Source of the DNA: the human T2T-CHM13v2.0 reference genome, Homo sapiens
Assembly: GCF_009914755.1 (NCBI RefSeq)
Contig: NC_060932.1
Reading direction: 5' to 3' (one strand)
DNA: 64,000 nt
Shown: one piece after another, positions 40,921-54,930 of the stretch
Numbering within the stretch: the stretch's first letter is position 1
Layout: each line of letters starts with the position of its first letter
Translations under genes and position numbers: made by a program
The notes under the pieces: generated by a model
The model's database searches: none
Seen by the model: only the letters and a program-made list of their open reading frames with translations
What the model was told of the DNA's origin: nothing

Positions 40921-43199
40921 GGCGGGCTGCTTCTGGCAGGTGGTAGCACAGGAGGTAGTAAGTGAAAGCAGCTCAGCATAAATAGTTACAGTGAAATACA
41001 AGAATAATATTCTGGCATCCCCGACTCATTTTCTCTCATTCATGACTCACAATAAATACATATTCTAATGGGCAAATGGCTAAACTACCCCAAAGAAATG
41101 AAGACTCATCTCCAACTTCTAATGGAAACTCTCACTGATCTGGAAACCTTTCCCCCTCAAGTTAAGCAAAGTTTGAACAGACATGATTTTCTCCTCATTG
41201 ACCTTGGAAATCTGTCCCAGGCTGTTGGCCATTCTGGTCATCTTTTCTAGACCAGCTGCTGTCTTCATATCAAGGGGGATTTGGAGCATTCCATGGGTCA
41301 GAAGAACGTAATGTGTTCTGGGTCATTTCTAATCCATGGAAAGCCCAGGTGTATAAGATTGAACCAGCCAAAAAAGAGAGGAAGATACAGAGAAGCAGAG
41401 ACAAAGACAGTATTTGACCAGGAAAAAAAAAAATGAACTAAGATCCTAACAAATCCCTAGACAACTAACAAATGAAAAGTGTAATATCACCAAGAACTAA
41501 GAAATTTATATTTAAGGATGAAAAATATGATTTCCAGGTTTTACTTTTGGGAGATGCAGATGAAAATATACAGAGGTTTTTTTGTCACATCTAAAATATA
41601 TCTTGCTGAAACTTGGTGATGGGTAAAAGAGAATTCATTATATTATGCTCTCTAATTTTGTATAGACTTGAAAATTCCCACATGAAAATTACAAAAATAA
41701 AGAAAAGCATATCTAAATAAGTAGTCAAGGCTAAGATTAACAAGGATTTCTCATTCATTTACCATATTTATAACTCCATTTATATTGTTTCATACTTCAG
41801 AAGTGTCCCTATTTTTACAAATAGAAGTACTAATGGACTATACAGCTCAGTAACAATGAAATCCCTTTGGAAATGAGAATAAAACAGATAAAAAACTTAG
41901 AAGAAAGAAATGAAAAGTTTCCATGAGTGACTAGCCGTGGGCTATAGGAATTGCTGGGAGTCACTTCATGTAGAGCTCCAAGAACTTGTCAAGATTTCAC
42001 TATTTACAGTTATATGACAGATTATGATACAGGAATATGCATTAACACTGAAACCAATTGTGTGGAATGGAAAAACCACGCTTTTTAAAGCCTGCTCGCT
42101 GTAAAATTTACCAGTTTTGCTTAGGTAAATAGGTTCCAAAGTACAAACATGAGAGGTTTTAAACCTGTTCTAGTTTAATAGGTCAGAATTTCAAGTCTGA
42201 TTAAATTTTGCACTCCCCTGTTGCCTGATTTCTGTTCAGCTTTTGCTAATTACTTTCAGGGACTTGCTAATTGGGATGACTAGTAAAGACAATTTGTCAT
42301 GTGGATCATTTTTTCTTAATATTTTCAATATTCAGTGTTTAATGTTTATAAAGTTATAGTCAGTCAGATTAATGTACATGATAATGTCAATATGAAGTTT
42401 CCACATTTTAGCATTTCAAGGTCATCATTGACCCTCCAATCTTCAAAAAGCCATTTGAGAATATGTTACTAAATTCTGTATGTAATTATGACTTGGCCAT
42501 GGAAAAGTTTTTCTCCATAGAGATTCCTGGTAAATTGCTCTTTTTTGGCATTCTTTTTGGCCATGAAATGAGGAAAGCTGGAGTAATTCTTCTTTTAAAT
42601 TGGGATGCCACTTGAGGTGGCAAAATTGTAATAATGTGGGCATAGAGATCAGTGGCAAAAAGAAGATCAATAAGGGACTTTAGCCTGAGAAGTTTGGAAA
42701 ACCTATTTCTATATAAGCCTACAGCAACATCCTGATATCAGATCCCAAACTTTTGAGATGACACTGCCACCTGCCCCACAGGTACAGGAAGCTGCTGCCA
42801 CCATCAGTCACTCTTAACTGAACATCCCAGAGCTCTAGGATCTGAGACCCAAACCCTGAAACTGCAGGATATTTATGCTACCCACTCTTTGCTAGTCCTC
42901 CTGGAAAAGCAGGTAATTGATAAGTGAATTAACTACTCAGGCAATTAATGAAATACACACATTCAACTCTGATGTAGTAGGATCATAGGACTTCTGAGAC
43001 CTTACTACATTCCTGGTAATTTGCACGCAGGATCTCAGGTAATCCTAACAGCATGTAAATCAGGCATTCTTTATCCCCATTTTGCAAATGGGGAACTGAG
43101 ACACAGAGATATTCATTAACTTGCCCAAAGTCATAAGAAACAGAGCTAGGAATCCTGCTTAACATGCTGATATCCTTGCTGATATCCTCTTAACCTGAT

Positions 43200-43585
43200 C
43201 ATTGACTTCCAACTGCCAGCACCTACATTTCCTGGCCTGATGCTTTCTTTTACCTCCATTGCCTGCTTTGCTAGGTCTTAAGGCAGGCCCAAAATGCCGG
43301 GAATTAATCCTCCTCTGGAGCAGCTCTGGGCTGGTGGCTGGCAGGAACTGGTGTACAAATACCCCAGATACCCTAGTTCTCTCAATCCTTGTGGGCAATA
43401 ACACCAGCTCCCAAGTTTACCTAAGGGATCAAGCTGTAGCTTTCCATAGTGATAACTTCCTTGATAACACACTCTCTTCATTGGCTACCTTTCCTACCCC
43501 TGACTCACACCCTCACTTCCCCACCAAAATTTCCTGAGATCAACTGGAAAACTACCTCCTTCTCTCAAGGTCTGCTTCAGAAGTA
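43200..43585 (+). mobile_element. ERVL LTR relic (LTR16-like)
   Basis: GGTGTACAAATACCCCAG, CACTTCCCCACC..TTTCCTGAGATCA and CTCAAGGTCTGCTTC. Confidence 0.6.
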
Positions 43586-43598
43586 ATTAACACACAAT

Positions 43599-43896
<298 letters not shown>

Positions 43897-44604
43897 GTAA
43901 CTCACACACAAGATCTGATTGTAAGTCCTTATGATATTCTCATTCTTCCACACTGGAAGTATGGTGATTCAGGGAAGAAAGAAATGCCCAAAATCTGACA
44001 TTATGCTATTAATGAAGAAAATGGGTGTTTAATATACTCGTTAGTCTTTCCCTTTGGAGAATAGGCTGGAGAATAGTTAGGCATCCCCATTAGGATTTCT
44101 GGAATAGGAACTCAGCAAATATTTGTTAGGGTTGAATGTAAAGTAGAAGCTGAGATTTGTCAGAGAAAGCTGATTTGAGGGGAGGGTAAAGTTGCTGAAA
44201 CTATAGTAGCCTCAGGGAGCAGACACTGCGAACCCTTTGTCCAGGCAAAGAAAAGTCTAGTGCAGGTTCAATCTCTAGGCAGCCACTCCATGAATTCAAC
44301 TGTGCCCTGACTTTGCGCTCTGTATTGTGTTCAGTCTTGTAGACTCGGCAGTGGGCACCACACAGGCTTTGGTTCTTGCAGTCCATGTTTCAGCAACAGA
44401 GGCAGATTAAAAACCAATCAATGATGCACCCTGAGATGTGAGGTGTTCAAAGTGCTGTGTGACTGGCAGAGAGTGGAATGCATTCTGTGTGGGGTTTTAG
44501 CAGGAGTGGAATGGTTTGGGAGGCTTCACAGAAGGTGACAGTTGAGCTGGATTTTGAAAGACTTGAAAAGGAACTTAGCAGTAAAAGATGAAATAGTGTT
44601 GTTA

Positions 44605-45177
44605 AGAAATACCATTTGACCCAGCAATCCCATTACTGGGTATATCCCCAAAGGTTTAAAAATCATTCTACTCTAAAGACACATGCACACATGCTTACTG
44701 CAGCACTATTTGCAATAGCAAAGACTTGGAACCAACCCAAATGCCCATCAATGATAGACTGGATAAAGAAAATGTGTCACATACACACCATGGAATACTA
44801 TGCAGCCATTAAAAAGAATGAGTTCATGTCCTTTGCAGGGACATGGATGATGCTGGAAACCATCATTCACAGCAAACTAACGCAGGAACAGAAAACCAAA
44901 CACCACATGTTCTCACTTATAAATGGGAGTTAAACTATGAGAACACATGGACACAGGGAGGGGAACATCACACACTGGGGACTATTGGGGGGTGAGGGGC
45001 AAGGAGAGGGAGAGCATTAGGACAAATACCTAATGCATGCAGGGTTTAAAACCTAGATGATGGGTTGATAGTTGCAGCAAACCACCATGGCACATATATA
45101 CCTGTGTAACAAACCTGCACATTCTGCACACGTATCCCAGAACTTAAAGTAAAATTAAAAAAAGAAAAGAAAAAAAA
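44605..45177 (+). mobile_element. L1PA (PA7/8-like) 3' 570 bp
   Basis: GAAATACCATTTGACCCAGCAATCCC...CCCAGAACTTAAAGTA and an A-tail. TSD approximately AAATAGTGT. ORF 44616-44933 is an ORF2 C-terminal remnant. Confidence 0.95.
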
Positions 45178-45329
45178 TAGTGTAGTTTTCAGCAAAGAGA
45201 TTTTCATCCAGCATTTTGGTTCTAGACGGGAAAAATCAACCCCCTTAAAAGGCAGATGCTTACAGAAACAAAGTTATAAAATGTCAAAGTTATAACATTC
45301 TTACCTCAGAATGTTGAGGGGAAAGTAAC

Positions 45330-45555
45330 AAGAGCTAACAATTTCGTAGTGTTTGTTCTTTGCTGGGCACTGTTCTATGTGTTTTACATGCAGGAACTCA
45401 TTGAACTTTCTCACAAAGACCCAAAATAAATATTACTATTATGCCATTACAGATGGAGAAATTAAGGTATAGCGAGGTCAAGAAAATTGTTCAAAGTCAC
45501 ACAGCTGTTAATGAAAGCCAAATAATCTGGCATTCAAGTCTGCACTCTTAATTAG
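45330..45555 (-). mobile_element. MIR SINE relic
   Basis: GGCACTGTTCTATGTGTTTTACATG...ACAGATGGAGAAATTAAGG...CAAAGTCACACAGC. Confidence 0.8.
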
Positions 45556-45689
45556 TAGAAGTAAAGTTAAAGTAGGACTAACGGAAATAACTATGGAAAC
45601 TTGAAACAGGTAATAACCACACTGAGTAGCATTGTTATGTAAAACTTCTCACTCACCTATGCTTTATACCCTAATATGAGCTCACAGTG

Positions 45690-45965
45690 CAGTGAAAACA
45701 GTAAGCATAGTATATGATTAATAGTTAGAGTTCTGGCATCAGCCAAATGAGGACATGGGCCCCAGTAGCTCTGCCACAGACTGCCTCAGGGACCAAGGTC
45801 CCATTTCTTAGCTTCTGGGAACAACCACTTCTTTATCTTGCAAATAAGGGTAAGAGCAGTCCTCATTGCATAGGGATGTTTTGAGAATTAGATGTGATAA
45901 TGTATGTGCTGAGCTTAACACCATTTCTTGCGCTTAGTAAGTGCTCAATAAATGTTAGCAATTTA
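45690..45965 (+). mobile_element. MIR SINE relic
   Basis: CTCTGCCAC...ATCTTGCAAATAAGGG...TTAGTAAGTGCTCAATAAATGTTAGC. Confidence 0.8.
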
Positions 45966-46752
45966 TATTAGTAGCAAAATTGAATGCTGTAACTATACTG
46001 TTTATTTTACAAAGCTAATTAAACAGGCTGTGCAAGAGTTAACCCAGAGTAGGAGAATGGCAGAGAAGTGAAAGAACACTGTGGTTGGAGATTTAAAACC
46101 ACCCTCTTCCCCAGAGGAGCAGCAGCAGCACCAAGTCGTCCAAGTGGTACCATGGCAGTTTGTCCTTGGCAGTGGTGAGTCAGTAGGGCACATGCCTCAG
46201 TACTTATTAATAGTCAAGGGATCTGGTGTCTATAAATCTCAGTGATTTGGACCAGAGAGCAAAATCACTTTGGCAGGCAGCACAGAGAATGGGGAAATCT
46301 CTCTGGAAGAGCTGTCAGTTAGAATAATTATTTATACAGATTCATCTCTTTCTCTTTCTGAACAAAGTATATTATTTAATAAAATATTGATGGTTAGAGT
46401 AATACGATTATTGTAGAGTAAGTACTTTGTTCCTGGGAGGTTCCCTCTAAATCCTCAGAATTTCTCAAGTGATAGGAGTGTCTTTGTTATTCCTGGTGGG
46501 TCCTGATAGTTTATGTTAAAGTGACTCAGGATGGGGACTGGCCACATCAGAAAGTCCAATCATGTGATTCAAGGGTTGGGGCTTTCAGCCACATGACATC
46601 AGCCTAACCTCTAGGAAAAGGAGGAGAAATGGAAATTGAGCTCAGTCACATGACCATGATTCAATCAATCTGGCTTACATAATAAAAATCCAATAAAAAC
46701 TCTAGACACTGAAGCACAGGTGAACTTCTTGGTGGAAATACACATTGGAATG

Positions 46753-47075
46753 TGTTATGGATGGAATGTTTGTAACCCTCCAAAACTCACACGTTGAAAT
46801 CTAATTCCTAATGCCATAGTGTTTGGAAGTGGGCCTTTGGGAGAGTGAGCCATCATGAATGGGATTAGTGTCAGAGAGCTAGCTTGCTTGCTTTACACCA
46901 TGTGAGGACATTGCTAGGAGACAGCTGCCTGTAAACCTACAGGAGGGCCCTCACCAAGAACCTGACCCTGCTGGCACCCTGATCTCAAACTTTCCACCTC
47001 TAGAACTGTGAGAAATAAATGTTAATTCACCCAGTTTATGAAATTTTGTTATAGCAGCCCAAGCTGGCTGAGACA
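46753..47075 (+). mobile_element. MaLR solo LTR (MLT1A/MSTD-like) nested in MER21
   Basis: TGTTATGGATGGAATGTTTG start, CTAGAACTGTGAGAAATAAATG and TTGTTATAGCAGCCCAAGC..GAGACA end. Confidence 0.85.
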
Positions 47076-47909
47076 AAAGGTGACACATGTCCTGAGGACA
47101 CAGAAGCTTCTTGGGACACTCCCAGACTTTGCATTTGGGGCCTCTTTCAGCTTGTCCTGATATGTATCCTTTCTAATGAAACTGTAATTCCAAATTCTTG
47201 AGTTCTGTTCATTATATTGAATTATGAAAACTTACGGGGTAGGGGAAATACTCAAATTTGTAACCAGCTAGTCTAAGGTGTGAGTGGACTGGGTGATATT
47301 GTGAAATATATATTTGGCCTCTGCCTGAAGGTCAGGAGATAGGGTTCCTAAGCCCCTTGGAGATAGAAGTGCTAGGAGAATCTTTTGTTCTAATATATGG
47401 TCTTTGACCCTGGTTCATGACATAGAATTCCTAACATCTTTGCAATTTCTGAGTGGTAGTAACATCTAACACAGAGCTCCTAAATCCCTTGGAATTGGTA
47501 ACAGAAGCATCTTGTGTGCTAATAAGATGACTCTTGGCGGGTCCTGGATAGCCTTAGGATGTGAGCTGGTTGCCCAGGGAACCAACCATGTGATTAGAGC
47601 ACTGAAACTTTCAGGACCACCCCCCACCCCCACTCCCGACGAACTGATTTCTGAGGAGAGGAAAGGGGCTGATGGTTAAGTTGATCGCCAGTGGCCAATG
47701 ATGGAATTAAGCATGGCTACATGATGAAGTCTCCATTAAAAAAAATAATAATAAAATAAAATAAAAAACAGGACAAGGTTCAAAGAGCTTCCAGATTGCT
47801 GAACACGTGGAGGTGGTGGGATGGTGGCATCCCCAGAGAGGGCATGGAGGGTCTGTGCTTCTTCCCATATTCATCAATCATCATTCAATTCGTCTATATC
47901 ATTTGTCAT

Positions 47910-48060
47910 ATTTTTTTAAGAGACAGAACCTCACTCTGTCACGTAGGCTGGAATTCAGTTGCACAATCATAGCTCACTGCCGCCTTGAACTCCTGGACTC
48001 AAGTGATCTGCCTCAGCTCCCCGAAGCACTGGATGTTAGGCATAATCCACCACACCCATC
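47910..48060 (-). mobile_element. FLAM/AluJ monomer
   Basis: AGAGACAG..CTCACTCTGTCAC..AGGCTGG...ATCATAGCTCACTGC...CTCCTGGACTCAAGTGATC. Confidence 0.85.
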
Positions 48061-49934
48061 CTATGGTATTCTTTATAATAAACCAGTAAATGTAAGTAAG
48101 CATTTCCCTGAGTTCTGTGAGTTGTCCTAGCAGATTAATCAAACGAAGAGGGAGCCATGGAGACACCCAATTTATAGTGGGTTGGTCAGAAGCACAGGTC
48201 ACAACTGGGGACTTGTGACTGGCATCTGAAGTGGGAGGAAGTCTTATGGGACTGAGAGCTGAACCTGTGGGATCTGACACGATCTCTAGGTAGATAGTGT
48301 CAAATTGAGATAAATTGTAGGACATTCCATTGGTGTCCACTGGAGAATTAATTGTTGGTAGGGAGAAATCCATCCCCCTCAACATATACATTTTGTTGGC
48401 CCGAAGTGAAATGTTCTATACAATGTTGTATGGCTGTGTAAAAAAACAAAAACTGTTTTGCTAAAGACCTCAGAACGCTTGAACTTGCAGCTGGTATCTG
48501 AAGAGAGGAGAGTCTTGTGGGAGGTTGTGCTGTAACCTGCGAAGTTTGCAGTAACTCCAGGTAGTTAGCAGCAGAATTGGATTGCAAAACTCAAGGAAGA
48601 AATAGGTATAAAATGACTCCTAAGAGTAAGACATTATATGCCACCAAAAAAATTGCAGAAAATGGGGTACAATTTGTATGCTATCTGAAAGCAAAAGAAC
48701 TGTGAAGTTTTGAAAAACCATCTTTCTTTATTAAAATATTTAACTTTAACCTGGGATTAGTTGCTCACCTTCATTCAGTCATTTTTGTGGCTCACAACAG
48801 TCAGTGCCCATTGAAGGCCTTGCAGGCACTTCAGGTTTTCTAAGAACTAAATCATCCAATAAATATGACTTCATCCAAAGAAAACTACCAATACAACAGG
48901 GACTTACTTGTCCACCTTCTCTCTCCTTGATGCTTAACTTTTTAATGTTATTCAGGAAGATTTTAGATGCATATAACACATCCATTGGTTACCACAAATG
49001 CTTTTTTCCAATCATTCGTTCATTAGACATGTATATATTAGCAAACCACTATGTGTCCAGCTCTGGGCAACAGATAGCGAAAAGAATAGCAACCTTGGCC
49101 TCAGAACTTTTCTGAAGCTCTATTTGCTAGCTCTGTGACCTTCAGCAAATCATTTGCCCTTTCTGTAAGATAAGGAGATTGGACTAGATGACATTATTGG
49201 GGTATAAATGTCCTGTCCAACTCTAAATGCTATTGATTCTTTGTGTCAGCCTACATTTCCTGGGAGACTGAAGCATGACTTCTTCACCGCGTGTTTGCCA
49301 ACTCTCTTGTGAGTCTTGCCTCAGCTCATTCTCAAACTCCCCCTCCTTGTTCCATAAATCTGCATACGAAAGGACCAGACAGCTGTAGCTCTCAACAGCT
49401 TTGGTTTTCATCAGTGCCTGTGTCATCCTGTGTGCTGAAGCTGCTTTTTAAAGGGGCCAAGCCTCCTTTAAACAATTCTAAATATTTTTGAAGATACAAA
49501 CCAGAGCATAACAAGCTTACAAATAGATAAAGCAGTAGAGTTTTTCCACAGGTGGTTAAACTAACAAGAAGATATCTTTGTGGGAAATTTCCTATGATGT
49601 AGGTTGATTGTAGAGGGAACCAGAGCAACCTTGGAGAAGCTAGGATAATGTTAGACAGTGGGAAGAAATCAGGGAGAAAGGTAGCATCAGCAAAGGAGGC
49701 AGGACACAGGGAAGAAAAGCCGAGTTCAGAGAGGACATCCTGCATGCTACACACTCTGCCAGGTGTGCTATCCATATTCACCTAAATTTCCCCACAAAAC
49801 CAAAAATGAGTCATAGTTGTAAGGAATGATACTGCAGCTGAAAAAAATACCACTGCTAGAACAACAAAGACTACTGATGAGTTTGTTAAATAAGTCAAAG
49901 ATAGAGAAATAGACATTCCCACATTCATACCCTT

Positions 49935-50309
49935 TGCTATGGTTTGAATCCATGACTCAAAATTCTAGTGTTGAAAACATAATCTCCAATACAGCAGTGC
50001 TGGGAAGTGGGGCCTAGTGGAAGGTGTTTAGGTCATAAGGGCTCTGGCCTTCTGAGTGGATTAATTCCATTATAAAAATGGCTTACAAAAGTGTCTTCTC
50101 TCTCTTCTGCAGAGCAGAAGACACAGCCTTCATCTCGTCTTCCCCTTCCACCTTCTGCCATGTGAGGACACAGCAAGAAGGCCAATCCCAGATGCTGAAA
50201 CCTTGATCTTGGACCTCCCAGTCTCCAGAGTGTGAGAAATAAATTTCTGTTTCTTATAAATTACTCAATCTCATGTATTCTGTTATAGCAGCACAAATGG
50301 ACTAAGACA
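49935..50309 (+). mobile_element. MaLR solo LTR (MST family)
   Basis: TGCTATGGTTTGAAT...TGTTATAGCAGCACAAATGGACTAAGACA, with 5-bp flanks CCCTT and CCCTG. Confidence 0.9.
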
Positions 50310-52426
50310 CCCTGCTATGTCCTCCTATAACTCTTTTCCTACAAGCCTCACCTTCACATCTAATTTTAAGTCATGTCACTGATTTAAAGGGGGAGAATTG
50401 TACTGTGGAAGCTCAGGTATGCATAAAGCAACAGACTTTTTTTTTTTTTAATACCAAGAGAACAGAAACAGTTAACAAAATACAGCAGAATGGTAACTTA
50501 ATGTGAGATTTACATTTCAAAGTTTAAAACTCTAGATTCAAAAGCGAGCATGATTTTTGGCATGGCCTTTGGAAACCAGTGCCAACAACTCATACACACA
50601 ACTTTTATTCCTCTGACCCCTGCAACTGCTTTGAAGAAATGGCATTTATCTTTTCAATGGTGAAATTAAAACATTTCCAAACATCAGCATTGTAAATTTC
50701 TGATCCCAATTTGTTGTGATGTCTAATCCCTTGTTGATTCCTGATTTTCACTTTTTAGTCTCCTGGATTTCATCTTGTTATTCTCATAGACTTATTTCCT
50801 GAGTAGATCAGGGACCTGGCTAAAGAAATGGTGTCCTTGATTAGGAAAAGGAAAAAATGTAGAACTTTAACAAAAGTTGGAACCTTTAGAGTGATCAAAT
50901 TCAGACTTTGTTCACAGAAAAATAAAAAATATAGTCACTCACCTATATGCTTCACTGGTATGACAACAGACAACCGACTATTTAGATTCATGAAGGTTGC
51001 AGGCTGCATGTTTCCTGTCATCATTTCATTAATGGACGTGCTATGGAATAGGACTCAGGAGAAAGTAGAAAAAGTATAACCTTTGGAATGTGGAGGGCTA
51101 AACTTTAGTCCCAGCTTCTCCAGTTAAAAGCTGTGTAGCCTCAGGCAAATGAATTGACAGATAAGGGCTTCAGCTTTCCTTATCTTTTATCAAAAAGAGG
51201 AGAAGAGAAAGAAAAGGAGGAGAGAATGAGGCAAGGAAGGGAGGGAGGAAGGGAAAAAAGTAAGTAGGAAGTAATAATAATAACTACCTCATAGGGCTGA
51301 GTGAGAGTGAAATAATATGTATGAAAGCCTTATACACAATGTAATGTTGTAATAGAGAAATAGAGTATTATTTGTAGAAATGGTACTTTAAACACTAACT
51401 CCTTTACATATTGAAAAAAAATCCTGGAAACAAGCTGTGCCTGCTACAATATTTAATAAAAGCATCACCTTGAAATAAGCTGCAGAATCTTCACCCCAGG
51501 ACAACTGCAGTTTGCTCTTGTTGAGTGACAGTGTAGGTCTGGATTTCCTAGGCATTTAGTTCAGCAATCTCTCCTCCCCCAAGAATGTGTCTTTTTTCAT
51601 TAGCACCTTCCACAGATTAGAGATTTCTATGTTTGACTTTCCACTGGTTGTGTTTGTCCCTGAAGCCTGGAGTCCTGCACAGGTTAGAATGCCAGCCATC
51701 AGACTGTAGGATAAGTACAGTCCTGTCGACGACAGCCTCTGAACTGAAATAGTACGTGGCGGGTGATTGCCTCTGTTCATCCGAGCTGTTAGTTCTGGTT
51801 TGGTGTTCAGTAAAGAGAATACGAATCAGGACATGGAGCCTTGCAATAAAGAGGAACTAATGGAGGTAATTAGGAGAGAACACCTGTCAGTGAGAAACTG
51901 CACCTCTCCATTGGCCATAGCCAGCCATTGCTCCCAATTGTTATTCACAACAATGGAGAGCCTCTGGACTGTGAATGAGAGCTATGATGGACGGCAATAA
52001 AATTCGCAAATGAGCTTTCACATTGTCTAATAAAATTCTATGACTTTGTCAATCTGTGTTGACACAGACCTACACAGGACTAGATGATAAAATGTTGTAA
52101 TGGGAAGCTAATTGTTTCATTGGCTTTATACGTTTGTCTTTTATTTCTGTGGTTCCAGGTGCAGATTCTGACTATTTTTACAAGGGATCATGAGAACAGT
52201 AGTCAATTACCCTGAGTCAAACACCCCGAGTCAAATATCATAGCCCCACACAGCATTTCAAGTCAAACACGGCTACAAATGGGCATAAAAATAAAACCCC
52301 CAACACATGAATCTGAACCTGGGGGTATGTAGAATCAGGGCTGCCTAAAACGTGGCTCAGAACTTTACATTTTAAGCAATTATAAACAAAAGGTGACTAC
52401 AGTCATGTAAGTCATGTAGGTTCTAG

Positions 52427-52732
<306 letters not shown>

Positions 52733-52733
52733 A

Positions 52734-53043
52734 TTTTTTTTTTTTTTTTTTTTTTAAGACAAAGTCTCTCTCTATCACACAGGCTGCAGTGCAGTGACGC
52801 AACCTCGGCTCACTGCTGCAACCTCTGCCTTCCGGGTTCAATGGATTCTCCTGCCTCAGCCTCCTGAGTAGCTGGGACCACAGGCGCCCACCACCACACC
52901 CGGCGGCTAATTTTTGTATTTTTAGTAAAGACGAGTTTTCGCTACGTTGGCCAGACTGGTCTCAAACTCCTGACCTTAAGTGATCTGCCCGCCTCGGCCT
53001 CCCAAAGTGCTGGGATTACAGGCCTGAGCCATCGCACTCGGCC
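52734..53043 (-). mobile_element. Alu (AluS), full length, directly tandem to the previous Alu
   Basis: Poly(T) follows immediately after the first Alu, then a complete antisense dimer. Confidence 0.96.
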
Positions 53044-54808
53044 TATATTCGTTCTAAAGATGTCATCTTGAAAGGGAATAAGAAAGCATGTTATGGCCTT
53101 ATATTAGCCTCAGAAGATATTATTTTAAAAGTGTACTTTAATTCACAAGTAATTCTGGAAGGTATAACCTATAAAAGCAAGGATTCGCAAAAAATACTGA
53201 GATTTGTTGTAGGTGTACCTCAAGTTTATTTTATTTTACGTGCCCAGCACAAAACACAGCTGAGCAAACAAATAATTGTGGAAGGAAGAAAGAGAAGGAG
53301 AAGAGACAGAAAGTAGGTTATATATACAGATAACCTCTAGTGGTCAAAAACTGTTTCTAGTTTACTACTTTACTCCCATTGGCTAGAACAAGATAAGCGT
53401 ATAATAAATATTTAATAAATATTCTTGAGTAAAGAAATAAAAACAGCATATCAAATTTTGTCTCATTGATGGGACAAGCTGTTCATCTAAGTTGTTATTT
53501 TTAATGCGGACTCAAAAGGTAAAGAATCAACAACTCTCTTAAATGTTTGTCCATTGAAAATCCACAAGCATGGGCACATGAATAACCTACAGCCACCTAG
53601 TCTTTTTCTATATTATAGGAGACAGGGAACATTATCCATTGGAATAATCACCTAGTAATGTCAGTTTGATAGTATAATATATACATATATTATACTTTAC
53701 TTGGAAAAAGTCTCCATTTCTCTAAGATACTAATTAAGGGTTAATTATGCTTGCTTCTTGCCTTTCTCATAAAGCATTATTGAATCAAAGCTGGTAGTGT
53801 ATTTTGGATTGTTGGAAATACAGTAACAAAATAATTATTTTAGAAATAAAAATTGAAAAAAATGGAAGAAAAATCAAACTCTAGAACATAATGACATCTG
53901 AGAATCAGATTTCACAGGGACTTAAATCTCATTAGCATCAGTTTTCAAAGCATTTCAGCCAATGGAACCATAGTTCACAAATAAATATAAATCAAGTGTG
54001 GAAGCCAGAAGTACTTCCAATCTCATATTCTCCTTTTGTGCCAAAATATATTCAAAATCAAAGTATAAATTTATGGGATAGTGAAGTCTTTCTTGACTAC
54101 ACAGACCCCAAGTTCTCCAGTAAATTAAATATGTTGTAGGGCACAAAGATATTTTGTGTAGGATCTTCACAGAAGATTTTTAAAAACATTTGACAATTAA
54201 GATAACAAAAAACATATGATAAATTATCTTAAATAAAAATAAATATGATAATACTATACCAAGACAGGAATGCATATGATATAATAATTTGCATTGTGGT
54301 TGGAATTGACAAAAGTGAAAATCTGGGAAATTTACACACAGACTCTCATTAAGGGAGGTTAAGTGATGATAGGTTCTTGGAAAGAAAAAACTGGCGGAGG
54401 TTCCCTGCCTAGACCCCTTCCAGATTCTAAAACATGACTTGCCCTCTGCATCGGAAAGGAAAGGTAAATCTCTTGACTGCAGTCACAGCACTTAGACAAA
54501 TCCCTCAACCCTCCTGAGGATCTCTCCTTGTGGGTTTCTCTTACATTTTTTCTGGGCAAGCAGATGAGCACTAAATAATAAGGAAAGGAAGAAATATACA
54601 TTTGGTATGTTGGCCTAGAAGGCAGTTGCTACATGGTTGCTTACAGAAGGCAGATTAGGAATGTGCAAAGAGTGTTCAACCTGGGCTGGGAGATCCCACT
54701 ACTGTCAACTTGCACTAACCCAGGCCAAAACTGCCCAGGTAATAAATCCAGCAGGACTTGCCTCGTGTCTACTCTTTAGCAGCCCTTCCTTTGAAAGGCA
54801 GTACTCAG

Positions 54809-54930
54809 TTGAAGATGAGGTCCAGTTCGTCACTATCCAGAAAGATTCCAAAATCGGGGGGGATGTATATTCACACCAGCTGAAAGTACATCTCCCTGAG
54901 GAAGGCTGTATCTGTCCTCATACTATCCAG
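54809..54930 (-). pseudogene. Candidate decayed coding exon (LDSMRTDTAFLREMYFQLV*IYIPPDFGIFLDSDELDLIF)
   Basis: Acceptor TTCTGTGCTTCTTTGTTAG|, strongly C/G-ending codons, an in-frame TGA at 54873-54871, and a downstream CTGAGTAC one base from a GTGAGT donor. The parent gene is not recognised. Confidence 0.35.

Larger units (their letters stand above)
46410..48590 (+). mobile_element. Nested cluster of MER21-family LTRs (MER21C-like host, MER21A/B-like insert from about 47293)
   Basis: GTGATAGGAGTGTCTTTGTTATTC, CCAACCATGTGATTAGAG, GTGATATTGTGAAATATATATTTGG and GTTGGTCAGAAGCACAGGTCACAAC are MER21-type motifs. Internal boundaries uncertain. Confidence 0.7.
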
